From Eledone cirrhosa (taxonomy: Eukaryota): DNA of 64,000 nt. Below are positions 54,380 through 64,000 of this stretch, piece after piece. The notes under the pieces are model-generated. The model did not search any database, was not told the origin of the DNA, and saw nothing but the letters and a program-made list of their open reading frames with translations. Location: assembly GCA_964016885.1 (NCBI GenBank), contig OZ024740.1, positions 310,744,001 through 310,808,000 on the forward strand, written 5' to 3'. A program made the position numbers and the translations under genes. Within the stretch, counting starts at the first letter, position 1. Every line of letters begins with the position of its first letter.

Positions 54380-54657
54380 GGAAAAATTTGAACAGGGACA
54401 AAACAGAGAGGCAGTACAACGAATGTTTATTAATTTCACGCTCTGGAGAGTGGGGTGTTGGTGGGGGACGACGTTTCCGGCATAAGCCCTTCCTCAGGTG
54501 AGAAGTGTGTGGGAACAGAGTTCAAAGGGTGTGTAGGGGAGTGGTGGAGAGACATATAGCGAAAGGAAACGGTGCGAATGAAAAAATAAAAAATAGAGAT
54601 AAAAATAAAAATAAAGCATGATCAAAATACAAGGAATGAGATAAATTTATATATATA

Positions 54658-55045
54658 TATACAATATATTAACAAATTAAAACTATATTTATAAAACCAT
54701 ATTTATTTCACTATATATATTTCAAGAGCCACCAAGTCAAATTATGGTGCGCTTTCATCAGATAAAATATAATATAGGTTAGTTTTATAAATAAATATTG
54801 ACATACCTTGAAAAAATGCAACCATTCTGGTTGGAATCTCTATATTATATTTTATTTGATGAAAGCGCACCATAATTTGCCCTGGTGGCCCTTGAAATAT
54901 GTATAATGAAATAAATATGGTTTTATAAATATAGTTTCCATTTGTTAATATATTGTATATTTACTCCAATAATTTGTTGAGTGCTTTATATCAGTTATAA
55001 AAATATTTTGCTTGTTGTATCCCAACAAATTAAATATAACCTCTA
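54658..55045 (+). mobile_element. Fold-back element with HHRs and tail
   Basis: Arms 54658-54776 and 54841-54958; tail hairpin 54963-54982. Confidence 0.8.
54705..54768 (-). ncRNA. Type I hammerhead ribozyme (mirror copy 54849-54912 has C3U)
   Basis: ATTTTAT CTGATGA AAGcGCACCA...TGGTGGCtCTT GAAA TATATA TA^ GTGAAAT. Confidence 0.75.
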
Positions 55046-55055
55046 CATATATATA

Positions 55056-55118
<63 letters not shown>

Positions 55119-56247
55119 TTGTGTGTCTCTGTTCGGGGAGGAGCATATGTATGTGTCTGTGTTTCTGCGGGAGTGTGCATATACGCTCTGTTGTTCATAT
55201 ATTGGGAATGACGTGTTTTTAAATAACCTTTCTTGCATCATATTTTAATTGTGCTATAACGTAGAAGACAGGTGTTCGATAACATATTTCGATTTTCCAT
55301 TCATATTTTTCAATATACATGTAAATAGAAAACAAAATCCACTCCAGGAGGTCTAGCATCAAAACTATCAGCAGTCATCGCTGAATATTTGTAAACATTA
55401 TTTCTTTCATCACAATATAACTATGGAAATCTTAATGAATGCATAGAAAAAAACTATAATATATTTCTCAGCTCGGTAAAAATATTATCTCATGCTATCT
55501 TAGAATGATACAACACATCACAATCCCAAGCTGGATTTTTATTTTTTTTATTTTAATAGTAAACAAGAAACGAGGAAAGAAGAGGATGCAATAATATGAA
55601 GTTTATTAGTTTTACGCTTAGAAGAAGAAGAATGGGTTACATAGTTAACGTATCGGGCGTTTTCCCTCCATCAGGAATAACAAAAAAGAATTATTGCAAA
55701 GAAAATAAACTTAAACAATAAAAAATGCAAATAAATAAAAGGTTGTTAAAATAAAATTTGAAAGAAAAATACAAAAATAAAAATATAAAGGAGGAGAGGA
55801 GGAGTGGTCGAGTGTGCTGGTGTGGGTGTCGAGGTGGAGGTAGCAGAGTGTTGTAGGAGTGTGTGTGTTTGTGTGTAGGTGGGGTGCATATTACGATGCG
55901 TTTGCCACTGTGTGAAGTGTGTGCGTGCGTAAATAGTGAGGTGGGTTTAGGAATCTCATGGGGTCAGTTATGGGTAATAACCAGGTAGGCTCCAGTTTGG
56001 TAATTCGAATATCGAGACGGCCCTAGTAAAGTAGAATAGAGGAAGGAATTGTGGGTAGTTGCAGTGAGTATGTAGTGGGTGGAGGAGAAAGTCGGTGTAA
56101 GTGAGTCAATGCCGTACGGGGCAGGAGGCACCGGCAACGACGGCGGTGATGGTTAAAATGGATTAGAGATAGAAATGTGGGTAGTTGCAGGGGATATGAG
56201 GGTGCGCGTGTGTGTGCGCGAGTGTTGTCAGTGCGCGCCAGTACTTA

Positions 56248-56301
<54 letters not shown>

Positions 56302-58279
56302 CTGGTGTAGGATAGAGTGAAAATAACTGCAATTCCGGTCAGATACTATAAGATAGATTATACAAATCGGGTAAAGACACTTAGAAACGCGAAAATGTTG
56401 CTGAGACGGCGCTACGAAATATCAAAAAACGTACTGACCTCAAACCTTCGTAGCGGCCACAGTAAACATGTGTGTGAGCATGTCTGTATAAAGATGTAGT
56501 ATTCGTTCAAACCATATATCAATGAGTGAGTAATGGTAGCAACCGAGTATATAGTGGTTATATTTTCTACAACCTCGTTACTATAAATTATGTTTTCTCT
56601 CAGTTTACAGAACAGTCTGAAAAGTGAGCAAATGGTATTTTCAACATTCTATTACTTCTGTATTTCTTTGTAATTCTGTTTGTTTTTCTTTATTCTTTCA
56701 TCTTGTTCAGATATAAACTAGTTATAAATGATTCTTTCACTCTACATATATATATTTTAAATTTGAATAATTGATTCCCTGAATCAAGTTCCATTGAGCT
56801 TATTTATTGAGAAAACACAATTTTCGTATATATTAAATATATGCATTGATATCTTTATATATATATATATATATATACTACCAGAAGTACCCGGCGTTGC
56901 CCGGGTGTAAGTCGACTTTTGCTCTGTTGTTAAAATGTGTGAAAGTTACTTCCCGCGCATCACAGGTGCAAAAACCTTCGAACCTCAAGGAAAAAAACGG
57001 AGGTTAGTAGACTCAGGTGTGTAATTGAGCATAAATAATGGATCAATTGTAGGTTCACAGTGTATCGTTGAAATTGTTCTTTGCACGACTGACGGAAGTC
57101 AAATTCACTTGAAATTGAATTTTCAGTTGATTTTTAAAGCAGAGTGAAAAAGTCGAATTTTTCACAATTTTTTTTTTTTTACAATTTTCGCTCTCACATG
57201 TTCAGAAGAAGAAATAAAAGGAACTCTATCTGAACCGCGGCATAATGGCGAGTCTTTTGCGACAGGTTTCAAGAAAATCGGATGTTCCTGTAAAAAGTTT
57301 TCCCATGTGCAACTTTGCCTTGTTTTTTGCGCAAAGTCGAACCCCCGCTTCAGTTTTATTGATTTTTTACATGAATGCGTGATCTCTGAAGTAGCTAAAA
57401 CCCTGTCCCGGTAAATTTGCTATAGGTGAAAAAAAGTTGATCAAAATTGTGTCTAGGGTTATTGCCCTTTGCAACAGCCTCAACGTGTCTTCAAGTATGG
57501 TTTGTTAATTTGTTGTGGAACTAAATCGACTTTCGTCAAATCGGACCGAGGAAACAATGTTTCCATATGTCTTTCTAGCTGGTGTACCCAGTTACACTCG
57601 GGGTTATAAGGCGCTGGATTTAAACGGGTCTGCGCTAAATTCCAGCAGGATGCTTTAACCGAAATAAATGATGAACAAACGTTTCTTTTTGTGCTCCAAT
57701 CTGAGATATTGGTATTTTGAAAAAATAGTCCACAAATATCCATGGAGCATGTGTAACGCATGTATCAGGTTATGAGAAAAGGGGTTTTCGATTCTCCATT
57801 CATAAGATACCAAAAAATTGCACGCAAATAAACCGGGATTTTAAGGCACTGCCCAATTCGTAGCTGAAAGGTAAGATTCAAGTGGAATAATGTTTTGCAA
57901 CATTGTCAAATGTACAACCGTACAGAAGCAAAGGATATAACCATTGAAATCTAGGTAGACCAAAGAATTTGGTGGGGTTGTATATCAGAGGATTGTTTTC
58001 CTTGTGATTCGCGTCTAGCCTACAAAGTGAAGTTAGATGATTGTAGTTGATGTTGTATCAATAAAAATAAAAGCCTACGGAAGACTGAACACTTACGAAT
58101 TAAGTGAAAATCACGTTGATATTCCTATTGGAGCAACATGTGCCGAAAAACCTGACGGACTGTTGTGTCAATATTGAAATCGTAGAAATTGCGAATCTCG
58201 ACCTCTAAGATGTAATAGATAGGCCTTGGAGGTGAAGAGGAAGAATTCGTACAATTGTTTTGCTGAACATGTTGACCAT

Positions 58280-60350
58280 TAATTTAAATAGACTTACACA
58301 CCATCATCGTGCGGTTTTGTTGTTTATGGCCTGGAATGAGGGCCGGTTAAACGCGGCAGAAAAATAAGCCATGCTGATGATGTTTAGGGGCGTCGCAGGG
58401 AATAGTTGCGACGTTGTGAGTCAATTGTGAGGACAGTGGCAGGCACGCTGATAGCTTGAGAAGACGCGATGCTACAACAGGATGCTTTTCGGCCATAATT
58501 GACAGAAAGGCAATGTCAGGAGAAATGAAAGAGTTGCTATTCATCCTTTTCTTAGCATGATGAACATGTAATTAAAAGGATTTACCATGGACTATCGTAC
58601 ACGTTAGTATTGTGTTTAGCCTGCGAAAATCGGTGGTCAAATGGGGCAACAATAAGCCATGCTGATGACGTTTAAGCGGGTAGCAAGGAATTGATGCGGC
58701 GTAGATAGCCATGGGAGTCTTTAAGGAGCACGGCGGTAAGGCAAAACAAAGTGCCGAGGAGGGGATGGTGGCTGACACTGCATGGATGCGGCATCCTGAG
58801 GCATGACGATGCAGTGGGACGACGGCCAGCAGGCGAGGAAGAGGGCAGGGGTGGACAGTGGCATGGATGCCGCATGGTGAGTCATAGAAGTCTTGAAGGA
58901 GCACTGCGGGCAGGCAAAAGAAAGGGCCGTGGAGGGGATGGCGGCAGATAGAGCATTGATGCGGCATGGTGATGCATGATGATGTAGTGGGACGACGGCA
59001 TGCAGGGAACGGAGAGGGCAGGGGATGACGGTGGCAGCGATGCGACTTGGTCCCTCAAGACTGCCATGCCGATGCAGTGGAAAGGGTCGGGGAGTGGATG
59101 GCGGCTTACAGGGCAGGGATGCAACAACATGATGGGACATGACGAAAGGGCAGGGTACATGGCGGCTGACAGGGCGTGGATGCAGCATGCCAATTGAGTT
59201 GCACCTCGGGAATGTAGAAAGCACCGGGAGGCACGATGATTGTTTGAGAAAACCGGGTGCAAGGCAGGATGTTTATCGGCCATACATGAACGGTAGGCTT
59301 TGGAGGAGAAAGGGATGAATTTTTGTTTAATTTTGTTAAATATGGTCAAAATGAATGTAAAAAGACTTACACAGGATCGTCTTCATGTTCGGTGTTGTCT
59401 TTGGTCTGAGATAATGGGCGGTTATGTGCAGCGCAGGAATAAACCATGCTGATGACATTTGAGCAAGTTGCTAACAGGGCAGGAATGCTGCATGGTGAGC
59501 CATGGCAGTCGTGAGGGACCAAGGCGTGCGGGCAAGGGAAAGGGCAGGGGTTGACGGTGGCAGGGATGCGGCTTGGTTAGGAATGGCAATCTTGAAGGAG
59601 CACGGCAAAATAAAAGGCTGAGGAGGGGATTGCGGCTGACAGATCGTGGATGCGGCATGGTGCGGCATAACAATGCAGTGGGTTGACGGCGTGCAGGGAA
59701 CGGAGATGGCCGGGATTGACGGTTGCAGGGATTCCGCATGGTGATCCATGGTACTCGTGAAGGACCAAGGCGTGCGGGTAAGGGAGAGGGCAGGGGAGGG
59801 CATGGCGGCTGACAGAGCATGGATGCGGCATGGTGAGGTATGACGATGCAGTGGGACGACGGGGTGCAGGGAAGGGAGAGGGCAGGACTTGATGGTGGCA
59901 GGGATGCGGCTTGGTTAGGCATGGCAGTCTTGAAGGAGCACGGCGAGCAGGCAAAAGAAATGGCTGAGGAGGGGATGGTGGCCGACGGGGCAGTAATGCG
60001 GCATGGTGAGGCATGACGATGCAGTGGGACGACGGCGTGCATGGAAGGGAGGGGGCAGAGGTTGACGGTGACAGGGATGCGGCTTCGTCAGTCATGGAAG
60101 TCTTGAGCCCTCCCGAGGTGTAGGCAATGGAAATCGGCAGGGGTGGACGGTGGCAGGGATTCGACATGTTGAGCTGTGGCAGTCCTTAGGGACCACGGAG
60201 GGCAGGCAATGGAAAGGGCCGGGGAATGAATTGCGCCTGACAAGGCAGAGATGCGCATGGTGATGCACAACGATACAGTGGGTCGACGGCGTGCAGGGAA
60301 GGAAGAGGGAAGGGGTTGACGGATGCCTCATTATGCTACGGTAGTGGGAC
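58280..60350. repeat. GC-rich complex tandem repeat (~180-bp diverged units)
   Basis: Recurrent GATGCGGCATGGTGAGGCATGACGATGCAGTGGGACGACGG and GTCTTGAAGGAGCACGGC. Confidence 0.85.
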
Positions 60351-60584
60351 CACGGGAATGAAGAGAGCGCATGGAGGCTCGATGATTTCTTGAGAAGACT
60401 GGGCGCAATACAGGATGATGCGTGGCGGTATAGTCTTGATAGTCCTTATATAAGAAATGGAAGAATCGGCATAAAAGTTTTGCTGAATATGGTGAGCGTT
60501 AATTTAAAGAGATTTACAGTGGATAATCCTGATAGATTGAACGTTTTTTGTATGGCGGGTGTCGCAACAAATGGAAGCAAGAAG

Positions 60585-60960
60585 AATGGCGTTTTTCGGT
60601 TGCCCGATTTTTGACTCTGGGGGTCCGATTATCGATTTTTTTAAAATAATAAGTACCCACGTTGATCCCCGCATCAAAATACATACCTACGTCAAATTTC
60701 ATTGGAATCGGACAAATTTCGTAAATATCGATGTTTGCCTCTGGTGATCCAATTATCGATTTTCCGAAAATTTAATGTAGCCCACGTTCATTCTCGTATG
60801 AAAATACACACCTCCGTCGAGTTTTATCGAAATCGGACGATTTTTGAAAATGTCGTTGTTTGGCTTCTGGGGGCCCGATTATCAATTCGCCTATTCAAAT
60901 CTACGGGTTGAGTTTTATATATGTGTCAAGTTTCATGAAAATCGGATGAACGGTGTAGCC
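60585..60960. repeat. Three ~130-bp subterminal tandem units
   Basis: CCGATTATCGATTTT...CCCACGTT...AAATACA.ACCT.CGTC..TTT.AT.GAAATCGGA repeated. Confidence 0.8.
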
Positions 60961-61019
60961 TGCAAGTTCGGGACACCAAACAAACAAACAACGCCCAACT
61001 TCACTTTAAATATAAGATT

Positions 61020-61051
<32 letters not shown>

Positions 61052-61059
61052 CATATATA

Positions 61060-64000
<2,941 letters not shown>

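Larger units (their letters stand above)
56877..61018 (+). mobile_element. Non-autonomous Helentron/Helitron-like element with internal satellites
   Basis: 5' ACTA...ACCCGGCGTTGCCCGGGT hairpin; 3' (CAAA)n...CTTTAAATATAAGAT; AAATTTCAT..AATCGG subterminal repeats, as in DINE/HINE elements. Confidence 0.65.

Noticed and set aside
55645-55680. Minus-strand HHR-like CTGATGGA-GGG/CCC-GATA
   Set aside because: Two core defects and no convincing stem I.
58347-60331. Overlapping Pro/His/Cys-rich ORFs
   Set aside because: Open in many frames because of a GC-rich tandem repeat; no coding signature.

Overview
AT-rich, microsatellite-dense metazoan non-coding DNA. The repeat content looks like an octopus/cephalopod genome (inference). 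I found no host gene. Recognisable transposons are a near full-length Tx1/L1-type LINE (186-5978) plus a second fragment, a Naiad-type Penelope-like element (PLE; RT + GIY-YIG) inside a long inverted repeat, a CRE-type RLE retrotransposon with a PHD finger, a decayed RTE LINE, tRNA-derived SINEs, a Tc1/mariner remnant, a hAT MITE and a Helentron-like element. The main unexplained pattern is more than a dozen mostly unrelated fold-back elements (0.1-4.5 kb) sitting in (TA)n tracts. Most carry a minimal type I hammerhead ribozyme (HHR), whole or in part. Many end in an ~80-150 bp tail holding a covarying RCTC...TN-bulge...GAGY stem-loop. There is also a 467-bp tandem array with one HHR per unit, which looks like a retrozyme. 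All RNA structures were paired by eye, not computed.
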